Shown: positions 38,385-47,819 of the stretch, in pieces
How the letters are laid out: every line of letters begins with the position of its first letter
Numbering within the stretch: the first letter of the stretch is position 1
From: a virus
Lineage: Duplodnaviria; Caudoviricetes
Direction: 5' to 3' (one strand)
IMG/VR virus record: IMGVR_UViG_3300044858_006017
Location: 1 to 56,150 of that record
DNA length: 56,150 nt
Translations under genes and position numbers: made by a program
Notes under the pieces: model-generated
Told to the model about the DNA's origin: nothing
Database searches by the model: none
The model's input: only the letters and a program-made list of their open reading frames with translations

Positions 38385-38483
38385 ACGACACCCGAACAAC
38401 CGCTACAATTTTAGTAATTATTCGGGTGGTTTTAGTTTTATGGTTACCAAATAAATAGCAATTTTAGGCAATTCCGCCTAATT

Positions 38484-38843
38484 ATGATGGAGATGATTAT
38501 GAAATCATTAGTTTTATTAAGTTCCCTGGTTCTCGGTGCATGTGCTTCAACAAGTGGTGCACCCTTGCAAAACTGTGATGCGTTACTACAAAGCTTTATT
38601 CCTGTCCAGTGTCAAGAAGTTACGGGAGGGCTACTGTGTGTTAACGAGAATCAAAAATATTTATCGGTGCTTAGTGGTGAAAAAAATATCAAATTCCACC
38701 ACACAAAAGCAAAGGAAGCCGGATACGTAAAAAAACCCGTATCTACCCAATGTTCCGTGCCAGGCGTAGGTGAATTTGAGGCATCTTATTGGGAAAGAGA
38801 TAAGATGGCGTCAGCTCCTCGGTTGAATTATAAAACACTTTAA
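38484..38843 (+). CDS. putative lipoprotein
   Basis: MKSLVLLSSLVLGAC lipobox. Confidence 0.65.
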   Translation: MMEMIMKSLVLLSSLVLGACASTSGAPLQNCDALLQSFIPVQCQEVTGGLLCVNENQKYLSVLSGEKNIKFHHTKAKEAGYVKKPVSTQCSVPGVGEFEASYWERDKMASAPRLNYKTL

Positions 38844-38864
38844 TTAACGTTTTAGGAGGTTCTT

Positions 38865-39248
38865 ATGAAATTCTTACTACTTCTCCCTTTTCTAACTTTC
38901 TGTGGTAAAGAAGTTAAAAACGAAATGAAAACTCAACCTGCACCTGCTAGAACGGAGGCTCCTACAAAAGTTATCGAAGTGACTATTTTTGTCCCATCAC
39001 CCAATGAAACAAATACTGTACCTCATTCTTGCCATACCCCTACCCCTACCCCTACCTCAATTCCAACTTATATTCCAACTCCGGTTAATACACCGAAACC
39101 TCAGCCTACTGCTACCCCCACCAACACACCAAAGCCCCAACCTACATACAGACCTACACCAAAACCAACCCCACCCCCAGTGCCTACCTATAAGCCTACC
39201 CCAACAAGCTGTTCTGCCGGATGCCATGAGCCGAGAACTAAAAAATGA
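38865..39248 (+). CDS. Pro/Thr-rich putative lipoprotein
   Basis: MKFLLLLPFLTFC signal; PT repeats. Confidence 0.6.
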   Translation: MKFLLLLPFLTFCGKEVKNEMKTQPAPARTEAPTKVIEVTIFVPSPNETNTVPHSCHTPTPTPTSIPTYIPTPVNTPKPQPTATPTNTPKPQPTYRPTPKPTPPPVPTYKPTPTSCSAGCHEPRTKK

Positions 39249-39610
39249 TAATGGAATACATAACTTTAGCTTCACTTTACGTCTCGACTACTTACGGATA
39301 TGGTGAGATGTATTGTGGGGATGAGAGCAACCCTGCCACATGTGATTCCGGGGCCACCACGGCTTCAGGATTACCTTTTAATCCTGATATGCCTTACGTT
39401 GCTGTCCCGGCTCCTGTAGGGCTTAGAATCGTCCCACAGACTATATTCTTTTGGTCAGATAAATACCAAAGTTGTATTCCTCTCCAAGTGGTGGATAAGA
39501 AGAACCAAAGATTTGTTGGTGAAGGTGGATTTGACTTTACTCCGGGCGCGCTAAAGAAATTAGGAATTGTTCCGAAAAGATATTGGAGCGGACGAGTGAA
39601 CGTTTGCTGA
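39245..39610 (+). CDS. RlpA/3D-like double-psi beta-barrel protein
   Basis: TTASG.PFNP...VAVP, VVD, DFTPGA..KLG. Confidence 0.6.
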   Translation: MIMEYITLASLYVSTTYGYGEMYCGDESNPATCDSGATTASGLPFNPDMPYVAVPAPVGLRIVPQTIFFWSDKYQSCIPLQVVDKKNQRFVGEGGFDFTPGALKKLGIVPKRYWSGRVNVC

Positions 39611-39621
39611 GGAGGTTTTAA

Positions 39622-39984
39622 ATGAAACTAAATAGGCTAAAGAAACAATACGTAACGCTGAATGGGTGTAAGTGTGAAGGCACAAAAGAGCAGGTTTTGG
39701 CCTTGAAAGCCAAAATCAGCGAGTTTGTTCGACTCTACTGTGTTGGACTCTACTGGGGTAAAAACAATCAACTCTATTGGGATAAAAACAAGCGTGTAAA
39801 ACCAGCCATTATCAAAGCTATTGTATATGAGCTGTTTGACTTTCACCAAGACGAACCCAAGCGCATCATCGAGGAATTAACAAAAACAATGGTAAAAAAG
39901 ATAGAAGAGTTCAAAACTTCTTCCCCTTCTAAGGAAGAACTAGACCTCTATCCAACTCTATTCTGGGATGGGGATGGTTGGTGA
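39622..39984 (+). CDS. hypothetical protein
   Basis: GGAGGT RBS. Confidence 0.6.
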   Translation: MKLNRLKKQYVTLNGCKCEGTKEQVLALKAKISEFVRLYCVGLYWGKNNQLYWDKNKRVKPAIIKAIVYELFDFHQDEPKRIIEELTKTMVKKIEEFKTSSPSKEELDLYPTLFWDGDGW

Positions 39985-40026
39985 GAAGAATTAAAATCGA
40001 CGAATGTCAACGATAGGAGGTTTTAA

Positions 40027-40242
40027 ATGAACGAGGAATGGTTTTATTGCCCTAAAAAACAACGAGATAACCAATTAATTCGAAAAACAATCCGCACCTT
40101 GAAATTAGACCTTAGTAGGGGGGTGTCTAACGATGATAATTTTTACGAAGATGGGTTAGAGATAGGGCCAGAAGACAAGGTTCACATTTCCAAGAACGAA
40201 AAAGGCCAATACAAGGTTTTTATATGGAAGGTCTCTAAATGA
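40027..40242 (+). CDS. hypothetical protein
   Basis: GGAGGT RBS. Confidence 0.6.
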   Translation: MNEEWFYCPKKQRDNQLIRKTIRTLKLDLSRGVSNDDNFYEDGLEIGPEDKVHISKNEKGQYKVFIWKVSK

Positions 40243-40646
40243 CTTTTAAGGCAGGCGATAAAGTTTACTTTTATAGCTACGGGGTTGCCGAACTGAGAAC
40301 GAATGACGACCCAGAGTACCCTCTAAAGGTAAGGGCAAACGGTACGACCACCCTTACACAATGCGGTAGAAGATACTCCGATGATAAATACCCTTCCATC
40401 ATTACCCTAGAAAAAGCGGAGAAAATGGGGTTAGTGAGGAAAAAGGGGGAACACTATAAAGGGTTGCGGGTTAAGTATTATGACAAAGCCACCGAGTCAT
40501 ATTTTATAGCACACGACCTCTACTACAGAAGTGAAGAGGAATTTGAGTTCGAACACCCTGAATTCCTACTCATCTCGTTCGTAGACGAGAAACTAAACGA
40601 GTGTCCACCGCCCCAAGAAAACATAGAATGGGAGGAGAATGTATGA
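40239..40646 (+). CDS. hypothetical protein, paralog family
   Basis: FK.GDKVY, PSIITLE.AEK.GLV, ISFVDEKLNECPPP. Confidence 0.7.
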   Translation: MTFKAGDKVYFYSYGVAELRTNDDPEYPLKVRANGTTTLTQCGRRYSDDKYPSIITLEKAEKMGLVRKKGEHYKGLRVKYYDKATESYFIAHDLYYRSEEEFEFEHPEFLLISFVDEKLNECPPPQENIEWEENV

Positions 40647-41083
40647 TTTTCAAACCGGGTGATAAAGTTTACAGCTATAGGCATGGCATTGTAACTCTTG
40701 TAGAAGTAGAGGATGCACTTACGTCTGAATTCTCTATAGGGATACAGACCGAGATAGGAATTGAAGGACATACGGCCGAGGGAAGATGTCTAACAATAGA
40801 CAAATTTCCATCCATCATTACCCTTGAATTTGCTGAAAAAAGGGGTTTAGTACAAAAAAGAAATGTGAGACATACGCGACGGCATGCGTACATAGACAAA
40901 AGAGATGACTCATTTCACATTACCACCAATTCGTATGGTAGATGGGCGGATAAATGGGATGATTATGACTATCCAGAGCCGGATTATTTAGAGTTTATGT
41001 ATTACGTGGACGGCCAAGGTAATAGATGTAAGTGGCCAGAAGATACCTTTGAATGGGAGGAGACTTTAAGGGTGCAAAGGTGA
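40643..41083 (+). CDS. hypothetical protein, paralog family
   Basis: FKPGDKVY, FPSIITLEFAEKRGLV, EWEE; start moved to ATG 40643. Confidence 0.7.
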   Translation: MIFKPGDKVYSYRHGIVTLVEVEDALTSEFSIGIQTEIGIEGHTAEGRCLTIDKFPSIITLEFAEKRGLVQKRNVRHTRRHAYIDKRDDSFHITTNSYGRWADKWDDYDYPEPDYLEFMYYVDGQGNRCKWPEDTFEWEETLRVQR

Positions 41084-41298
41084 AACCGATTTAGAGTATA
41101 AAAACATCCGCGTTGTTATGGGGTTTGACTCATGAATGAAGAATTAAAAAGGCAAATTGAGATACTACAACGGCAGGTCGTTCTACTGAGGTGCATTTTG
41201 CAGTCAGTGTGCCCGGCCAATAACAAGTATATAAACGAATGCTTAAAACAATTACGTGACCTAAGTTTACAACAGGCGCGTGACTTAGGGGGCTCTGT

Positions 41299-41508
41299 AT
41301 GAAAGATTATCAAATAAAGAAATGGCTGGGTGAGTGGTGGTTGATCGGGGTTAGGGCAAAGAAGCCGACGATTAAGTTGAAAGATTTATCCGGGCTGTGC
41401 AGTGACCTCGGGCTCGATTTACGGGAAGCCGATAATTGGTTCCTTGAGTTGTTGAAAGAAGCTAAAATAGACGCATCTTTAGGAGAGAATGAAATTAAAT
41501 GGGACTGA
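41299..41508 (+). CDS. hypothetical protein
   Basis: Co-oriented small ORF in early cluster. Confidence 0.5.
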   Translation: MKDYQIKKWLGEWWLIGVRAKKPTIKLKDLSGLCSDLGLDLREADNWFLELLKEAKIDASLGENEIKWD

Positions 41509-41711
41509 TAACGTTGATTGTTGATACAGATGCGGTGGAGGATACCCGTAAGTTTTTTTCTGCAGTATTGGAAGGCAGTCATTTAGTCAGTTTGCATTTA
41601 GGGGACTACAATAAAACGCTCGGGGAGATTGAACAAGCGTGCGCGACAAAAAAGAATCCCAAGAAGACCATCGAACAAATACTTATTAATAGGAGTAAAC
41701 AAAATGAGTGA
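41499..41711 (+). CDS. hypothetical protein
   Basis: Overlapping coupled ORF. Confidence 0.5.
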   Translation: MGLITLIVDTDAVEDTRKFFSAVLEGSHLVSLHLGDYNKTLGEIEQACATKKNPKKTIEQILINRSKQNE

Positions 41712-41919
41712 AAAGAGAAAAATAGTGGCGGAATTACCGGTTACAGGGATGGTGGTTTACGAGATTACTGCGCCTGATAATTGGGACGATCAGACAGAAA
41801 AAGAAAAGAGAGATTATTTTATAAAGAAAGCCCGCCCATTTTGGACTGAATCCCTTGAATACAGTGTTGATATTGATGAGTGGTCTATCAAAACAATTGT
41901 TTTCGAGGAGGAAAAATGA
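41704..41919 (+). CDS. hypothetical protein
   Basis: AGGAG RBS before ATG 41704. Confidence 0.55.
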   Translation: MSEKRKIVAELPVTGMVVYEITAPDNWDDQTEKEKRDYFIKKARPFWTESLEYSVDIDEWSIKTIVFEEEK

Positions 41920-42749
41920 GAACACAGGCAGATTACGAATATTGGCGGCTGATTGCCGAGACGATTGAAGACGGTGAAAAACTAACCACACGGAACCACG
42001 AGGTATTCCGTCAATGTGCACCAACACCCTCTATTTTCCACTCATTTCCATTGGTGACACTCAAAAAGACTGCGGTTAAGAAAGCGTTGCGCGAGATGGA
42101 ATGGTTCTTGTCTGGGAATAACAAGTGCCCAGACGAACTAAAGGATTGGTGGGCCGGACAACTTGACCCATCAGGGCGTCATTGGAGAGGGTATGCCGAC
42201 CAGTTAAGGTATTCGACTTCTGGTGATGACGCGTTTGACCAAATCGAATATATCCTTGATGGGATTAAAAATTCACCAAACTCCCGCAGACTTTGCATCT
42301 CCACGTGGAATACAGGTGATATGGCGAACATAACGAGATTCAATAATAATCCCAAAACACCCTCAAATTGCCATCTAAGTTTCGTGCAGTTTTTTGTGAG
42401 CGAGGACCAATTGAATATGTGGCAGTACCAGAGATCAGGGGACCTACTTTTGGGTGTCTGTCACAACTGGGCTCAACATTATGGCCTACTTACATACTTG
42501 GCACACAGAACGGGGTTGAAAGTTGGGTGGTATCAATGGCAAGGTGGTGATATTCATGTCTATAACGAACCGAGCCATATTGAATGTGCCGAAGCTATCA
42601 TTAACACGGGGAGTGAGAGTTTTGATGCGGTTCCACGGCTGATTTATACCCCGACAAGTGAAGAATTTTTAGCGAAGGATTTTAGCGTCGAGTGGGACGG
42701 TGTGGACATTCCAGAACCTGTAACAACGATAAGGCCGAAATTGCTTTAG
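41916..42749 (+). CDS. thyA: thymidylate synthase
   Basis: FPLVTLKK, NSRR, catalytic CH, YQRSGD..LG..HN, DIHVY; start moved to MRTQ. Confidence 0.9.
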   Translation: MRTQADYEYWRLIAETIEDGEKLTTRNHEVFRQCAPTPSIFHSFPLVTLKKTAVKKALREMEWFLSGNNKCPDELKDWWAGQLDPSGRHWRGYADQLRYSTSGDDAFDQIEYILDGIKNSPNSRRLCISTWNTGDMANITRFNNNPKTPSNCHLSFVQFFVSEDQLNMWQYQRSGDLLLGVCHNWAQHYGLLTYLAHRTGLKVGWYQWQGGDIHVYNEPSHIECAEAIINTGSESFDAVPRLIYTPTSEEFLAKDFSVEWDGVDIPEPVTTIRPKLL

Positions 42750-42762
42750 AAATTTCCCGAAA

Positions 42763-42972
42763 TTACTTTAAGCCCATCCACCCAAACACTTTTTCCTTAT
42801 ATTCCTTAGATTCAATCTGCTTTTTCCGGGCTTCCTGAGCTGCCCTATACAGCCCTTCCAACAGCCCCACGTCTTTGGGGTTGACTGTGCAGTGGTTGCT
42901 AATCACCCCCTCACACGAGCCGTCACCGGATAGTTTTTTAAGTTGGGCGTTCCATTGTTCGTTATTGGTCAT
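42763..42972 (-). CDS. hypothetical protein
   Basis: GGAGA RBS, end of portal operon. Confidence 0.5.
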   Translation of the reverse strand: MTNNEQWNAQLKKLSGDGSCEGVISNHCTVNPKDVGLLEGLYRAAQEARKKQIESKEYKEKVFGWMGLK

Positions 42973-42984
42973 TTATTCTCCAAA

Positions 42985-44166
42985 TTAAACACTCGTTCCT
43001 ATACAGACCCAACCACCGTTTGCCGATGAGTATATAAAAGTTGCGCACGGAATACGTCCAGAACCTCCCGTAAGGGTTAACGCTGAACCTGAGCCGATAA
43101 GAATTACCTGAAAACCCCCGGTATTGTTATTTATAGTCATAGTACTTGAACCCGCAGCATACATTATCACCACAATTTGCCCGTTGACCCCGTTTTGAAA
43201 TCCATTTAGGGTTGTGCCGGTCGCCGTGAATGTTATTAGCGTTTTGTTTGCAACGTCCAATCCATTATAGGTTCCACTGCTGCTTACCGTTGCTACCCCG
43301 TTCAATGCGATTGCACCGTTAACTGTCGCTGTGGCGCCGGAACTCGGCCCCAACGTCCACACACCCGCATCAGTAACTGAACCAATCTCTGTTCCGCTCG
43401 AATTGTTAAACCCTAGCCCGCTCGTTCCGCCTCTGAGCCTAAGCACGTTTGATGCAACATACATCGTGTTATTGGCGGCAGTCCCACCCGTAGCCGTGTA
43501 GGAAGCTGCGCTCATGTTGTTGGAGTCATCGATGGTTGCACCGCTGTTCTGCACCCCCTTCCCAGTAGTCCCATCAAATCGTGCGATGGCGTTGTCGGTT
43601 GCGGAGGCTGGACCGACCACTAAATCCGTTTCGAGCTTGGTGCCATCTTGTAAAAGTTTTCCTGTGGTGCCGTTATAGACCGCCACACGCCCACTTGTAG
43701 CAGAGGCTGGGCCACCTATCATATTAGGAACATACCCACCGATTACTTTCCAATCTCCAGCCGAACTGGAATACTGGAGAACCAGACATTCTCTGTTTAA
43801 TCTGATCACCTTGGTCAGAGATCCTTCGATCGTCTCAGAGCCATTGGCATCGATGGTGATATTGTTGGTGGAGGCATCACCCTTACCGTCTACGATGATG
43901 AAGATTTGCTTATCTGCCCCCGCAGGAAGGTTTACCGTGGATGCACCTGGCCCCGTCAAATCGACAATGATAGTGCAATCAGTAGAAGCTGAAACCGTCA
44001 CAGGGGTTGTAGTGGCTTTACGGACGGCTTGTTTTAGAAAAATATTAGTAGCGGCTTTATCAGCAAGGTCTTGTAAATACTGGGATAATTGCGTTTCCCA
44101 TCCAGACTCCGATCTCGTGTTAGGGATAGAATAAACAGTTCCTGCGAAAGTTTTATTAACACTCAT
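42985..44166 (-). CDS. fibre-like virion protein
   Basis: Thr/Gly/Ser-rich; repeated GPASATD/SG..A.F/YDGTTGK motifs typical of tail fibres. Confidence 0.7.
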   Translation of the reverse strand: MSVNKTFAGTVYSIPNTRSESGWETQLSQYLQDLADKAATNIFLKQAVRKATTTPVTVSASTDCTIIVDLTGPGASTVNLPAGADKQIFIIVDGKGDASTNNITIDANGSETIEGSLTKVIRLNRECLVLQYSSSAGDWKVIGGYVPNMIGGPASATSGRVAVYNGTTGKLLQDGTKLETDLVVGPASATDNAIARFDGTTGKGVQNSGATIDDSNNMSAASYTATGGTAANNTMYVASNVLRLRGGTSGLGFNNSSGTEIGSVTDAGVWTLGPSSGATATVNGAIALNGVATVSSSGTYNGLDVANKTLITFTATGTTLNGFQNGVNGQIVVIMYAAGSSTMTINNNTGGFQVILIGSGSALTLTGGSGRIPCATFIYSSANGGWVCIGTSV

Positions 44167-44168
44167 TA

Positions 44169-44510
44169 TTAAGTTCCTTTTCCTACAACATAAGCGTTAA
44201 GTGTTCCAGTCCCCGCACTGTTTGTAGCTGTAAAACGCAAGAACTTATAAGGAAAAGCTTGAAAAACTGCAATACCGTTGCCGCCGTTTGATGTAGAGAT
44301 AGTAGGAAGAGTAACTGTATACGTCGACCACGTAGAGTCATCATTTGAAACCTGGCAGGCCAATACGGAAGACACACTGCTTCCAGTCCAAATAAATTGA
44401 ACCGATAGATTGTCTACAGAAGTACAGTCTACAGGTGTAGAGGTTATGACAGAGGTGCCAGTCATAACTCCGTTTGAAATAACACGGGATCTTAAAAATT
44501 GTTTACTCAT
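44169..44510 (-). CDS. small beta-rich virion protein
   Basis: QVSNDD..W, YKFLRF; paralog of 25414 gene. Confidence 0.55.
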   Translation of the reverse strand: MSKQFLRSRVISNGVMTGTSVITSTPVDCTSVDNLSVQFIWTGSSVSSVLACQVSNDDSTWSTYTVTLPTISTSNGGNGIAVFQAFPYKFLRFTATNSAGTGTLNAYVVGKGT

Positions 44511-45247
44511 CGTGAAGCCCTTTCTATTATGTTATCCGAATCTATTGAAAATTCAAGTAAAGCTTTTTGATAAACTTCCGAAGCTTCTTCTTTGGTTTTA
44601 AAATAGCCTAAGTATTTATCACGCCCTTTAATTTTAATACGCGCCATCCATTTCTGTTTAGTTTTACAGAAAGTATACCCTTTTGTCCCTACTTTACGTA
44701 TAGATATACCTTTATTCCAGGCAATCCTTCCTTTTGATGCTTCTCCGATTTTTCTTTTGGTTTCATCAGAATGGGTTCGACCTCTTTGAGCAGCAGCTAT
44801 TCGCTCTTTTGCTTCAATTGAAAGAGGAGGGGGTTTTTTACCTTTATGTACTATACCTAATTTCATGCGATGTTCCAAGGTTCTTTCTGGCCGTTTTATA
44901 CCAACGGCCCCCTCACCTCCGTCAGTGAGATTTACTAAACACCCGCCTTTTGAGTCTCTTCGTCCATATAAGGCAATCCACTCTTTTTCCATCTTACACG
45001 CAGAAAACCACCCTAAATTTTTAGCCCAGATTTTAACTTCAGGTTTACCCAAAACGCAATGTTTTGATACGTAGCGGTACCAAAACCCACTTCTTCTGCC
45101 TTTTTCAAACTGATAGGGGCGTTTTTCGTTACCTATACCGATATAAAAAACCTGCCCGGAATCTGCATAATGGGCGTATACCACATATTTTAAGTGCTTG
45201 ATATTAGGTACTCCGTTATCTTGAATTTCTGTCAAGGGTTTAGCCAT
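44507..45247 (-). CDS. GIY-YIG-like homing endonuclease with NUMOD3 and AP2 domains
   Basis: YVVYAH...FYIGIG, LVNLTDGGEG, HSDETKRKIG, YLGYFKTKEEA. Confidence 0.75.
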   Translation of the reverse strand: MAKPLTEIQDNGVPNIKHLKYVVYAHYADSGQVFYIGIGNEKRPYQFEKGRRSGFWYRYVSKHCVLGKPEVKIWAKNLGWFSACKMEKEWIALYGRRDSKGGCLVNLTDGGEGAVGIKRPERTLEHRMKLGIVHKGKKPPPLSIEAKERIAAAQRGRTHSDETKRKIGEASKGRIAWNKGISIRKVGTKGYTFCKTKQKWMARIKIKGRDKYLGYFKTKEEASEVYQKALLEFSIDSDNIIERASR

Positions 45248-45250
45248 AAC

Positions 45251-47146
45251 TTAAACTCCTTGAGGTTGTAAAGGCATTAAATCACTTTGGGGTAATGGTG
45301 CAGGGACAGCTAACGGGGGAGGGGCAGGCTGCTGCCCTACCGGAACCGTAGCCATTGTTGGTTTATCAATGTTAGAAAGTTCATGACAATCGTCAATAAA
45401 CCTCCTTAAAAGCTCTAATCTGTTCTCAGGAACCTTAGTAGTTCTTGCTTTTTGGTAGTAGGATTGAGCCATTTGAATAGCTAATTCCAAGTTTTGATAA
45501 GGCTCTGGGGTATCATAGACACCGTCATTTATAATGTTTTCAATAGTGTTCCTAACATCATCAACTTGGGCATTAGCGAGCCCAACGGCCTGCTCAAGGT
45601 CAGGGTAGTCCAAGAGAGATAGCCCAGCCTCACGCGATAACATCCCACCTTGAACGAGCTCTTGGACAGCTTGGAGCTTGCCTACAGGAGTAGTGGGAAG
45701 CAATGATGTGGGGAACACTCTCAAAAGGAATTTATCCTCCTCATAATTAACATCCTTCCATTCAATAGTTTCCATGTATTTATTAGAAGAGACTTTTACA
45801 GATAAGTCCTTATTCTTCGTATAAAGTTCATCAGAAAAGCTACAGACCATTTTAGCAATACTCATGAAAAAGGCCTCATAACGTTGAGCCACAAGAGCAA
45901 ACCGTTCGGTTTCAATGTCCTGATATTCACGGATTGCTACACCGGAGTCTAAACCAGATGGTTTTTTAGAAGATGCTGACAACTGAGATATTCCAGAGAT
46001 TTCATAGGCTTTGTTGTAAAGACGGTCAAGGTGCATATAAGCATCCGCATTCATTCCTTGAGCTGTTTCAAAGCTTGGCTTGGTTCCAGTGTATTTTACC
46101 ACCGAGCCAATCTCGTTTGATATGTGGTCAGTGTTAACCTTCGAGCCATTTTCAACAAAAACTCTTGGGATAGCTACTAAGTCATTGGCCCTTTGGATAC
46201 TCATTAAAAGTTTGTTAATAGCAATCTGGATTCCTACTAAGTCTTCACATAGACCTTGACCATAGAATCCTAACATCTTTTCCGACCAACGGAAAAACAC
46301 GAAAGGTAGATAGTCTTTGATGTAAGGTTCGGAGAACAGTGTAGCATTGCAAACACTTATCACATGTTTACCGTCAGAGCTGTTTTTGGATGAGGGGAGA
46401 TGCCAAGATTCGACCACGGCTACCATGTTTGTGCTCATCCTAGAGCCTGCGAAACTCTCCCCCGGCTTCCCGGGAGGGGTTTCTAGGAGCTTTCCAGCCT
46501 GTGCAGGGTAAAGTTCCATTAAGACATGCCGATCAACATATTTTATCTGGTGAATTTGGCGAGGAGATCCATAAATAGCTTCTTTTTGGTCAACTATGAG
46601 CTCCATAGGAAGCACTCGTTCAACGAAAACCGAGCCATTATCCTCATCTACACCTACTTTTACCGCGCCAATACCTGTAATACAGGAATCAACAAAGCAT
46701 TTTTGCCCTATCTCGTAGACATTGTTCTGGTCAAAGAACCCGTCGCAGTATTTGGTTAAGTTTTTTGCAGCTTTACTTAAGGTAAAATCTCCCCCAGAGG
46801 TCAGGAAATAGGCTCTTGGGCGACTTTTAGCTATCTTGGCTGCAGCAGAATCAATGCAGGATTTAATTACATTTAAAGTTAGCCTGTTGGAGTTGAGTAG
46901 ATGAGGGGAAGCACTCTGGGTGAACTGATAAAGCCCAAAACCAATGAAATCTTGGTTAGAGTATAGTCTAGCAAACTTGATAAAGTTTGAATAAAGAGAT
47001 GCGTTATCTTTATTTATCAGGTCGATAACCGCAAAAATAGATTCAAAGCTTTTAGAGTCTTCTAGACGCCACCAAGTTCGATCGTATTCCTCAATGGTCT
47101 GATATTTTTGATACATTTTAAATTTCATTACTGGTCTTTCGCTCAT
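45251..47146 (-). CDS. portal protein
   Basis: 631 aa; NVIKSCID..AAKIAK.RP, G.GAVKV, P.V.FRW....GFYGQG, SGVAIREYQD. Confidence 0.8.
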   Translation of the reverse strand: MSERPVMKFKMYQKYQTIEEYDRTWWRLEDSKSFESIFAVIDLINKDNASLYSNFIKFARLYSNQDFIGFGLYQFTQSASPHLLNSNRLTLNVIKSCIDSAAAKIAKSRPRAYFLTSGGDFTLSKAAKNLTKYCDGFFDQNNVYEIGQKCFVDSCITGIGAVKVGVDEDNGSVFVERVLPMELIVDQKEAIYGSPRQIHQIKYVDRHVLMELYPAQAGKLLETPPGKPGESFAGSRMSTNMVAVVESWHLPSSKNSSDGKHVISVCNATLFSEPYIKDYLPFVFFRWSEKMLGFYGQGLCEDLVGIQIAINKLLMSIQRANDLVAIPRVFVENGSKVNTDHISNEIGSVVKYTGTKPSFETAQGMNADAYMHLDRLYNKAYEISGISQLSASSKKPSGLDSGVAIREYQDIETERFALVAQRYEAFFMSIAKMVCSFSDELYTKNKDLSVKVSSNKYMETIEWKDVNYEEDKFLLRVFPTSLLPTTPVGKLQAVQELVQGGMLSREAGLSLLDYPDLEQAVGLANAQVDDVRNTIENIINDGVYDTPEPYQNLELAIQMAQSYYQKARTTKVPENRLELLRRFIDDCHELSNIDKPTMATVPVGQQPAPPPLAVPAPLPQSDLMPLQPQGV

Positions 47147-47337
47147 GATTGGCTACTCCAGTAAAGTTCTAAGTCTTCATCTACTACTTTTTGTTCGGGA
47201 AATGATGTCACTAGCTCCCCTTGCTCTTCTCTAAAGACTAGATGTAAATCCCCATGTTTGAAGACTGACACCCTGTTTTTGTTACATATTTTAAGTAGCT
47301 CATCGAACTTTTCTAAAGAGTCAACTAAATTTAGCAT
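47143..47337 (-). CDS. small protein upstream of portal
   Basis: ATGA overlap with portal gene. Confidence 0.55.
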   Translation of the reverse strand: MLNLVDSLEKFDELLKICNKNRVSVFKHGDLHLVFREEQGELVTSFPEQKVVDEDLELYWSSQS

Positions 47338-47344
47338 TTATACC

Positions 47345-47400
47345 CCTTGATTTTTTACATCACTTTATGTATATACGTAACTTGAGCCTAAAAATCAAGG
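47345..47400. promoter_or_regulatory. symmetric bidirectional sigma70-like promoter
   Basis: TTGATT-N17-TATATA on both strands sharing palindromic TATATA 47370-47375; CCTTGATTTTT/AAAAATCAAGG inverted repeat. Confidence 0.65.
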
Positions 47401-47407
47401 AGTAAAA

Positions 47408-47818
47408 ATGGCTAAGTTTACACACCACCCCGTTAAAGCCCACGAAAAAGAAACTGTTCATTTGTATTTTCAGTTGGATATTGGAGCCTCTGGAGCAGTT
47501 TCCGCTTTTACTGGGGGAACAAAGCTTTCTGCAGTCAAAGAGGCAACCGCAGGACAGTACACCTTAACCCTCGACCAAAAATTTCATAAAGTATTGATGG
47601 TCAATGCCACCCCTGTTAAGTCAACCGCTACTACAGTAGGACAAGTTCAAGTTCTTGCCACCCCCAGTACTTTCCAGGCTTCGTTTAGAACAACTCCAGC
47701 TATCGTTATTCAATGTCTGGACTTTGCTGGCGCGGCTGTAAACCCTGCTTCCGGTGAATCCTTTTGGATTGAAGTAGTTGTGAGAAATACGGCTGTTGGG
47801 ACAAGACCAGGAGGTTAA
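47408..47818 (+). CDS. putative virion (capsid-associated) protein
   Basis: Beta-rich, first gene of head-completion/tail operon. Confidence 0.5.
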   Translation: MAKFTHHPVKAHEKETVHLYFQLDIGASGAVSAFTGGTKLSAVKEATAGQYTLTLDQKFHKVLMVNATPVKSTATTVGQVQVLATPSTFQASFRTTPAIVIQCLDFAGAAVNPASGESFWIEVVVRNTAVGTRPGG

Positions 47819-47819
47819 T

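Noticed and set aside
40239-41083. Paralog repeats as a diversity-generating retroelement
   Set aside because: No reverse transcriptase; differences are not adenine-specific and identity is low.
41065-41092. Additional weak sigma28-like site TTAAGGGT-N11-ACCGATTT
   Set aside because: Too degenerate to call without a position-weight-matrix score.
41916-42749. Thymidylate synthase as a base-hypermodification enzyme (dCMP hydroxymethylase type)
   Set aside because: It retains the dUMP-specifying Asn (LGVCHN), and no glycosyltransferase or other modification genes are evident.
23967-45247. Homing endonucleases as group I intron ORFs
   Set aside because: Both sit between intact genes with only a few to ~40 flanking bases, leaving no room for intron core structure.
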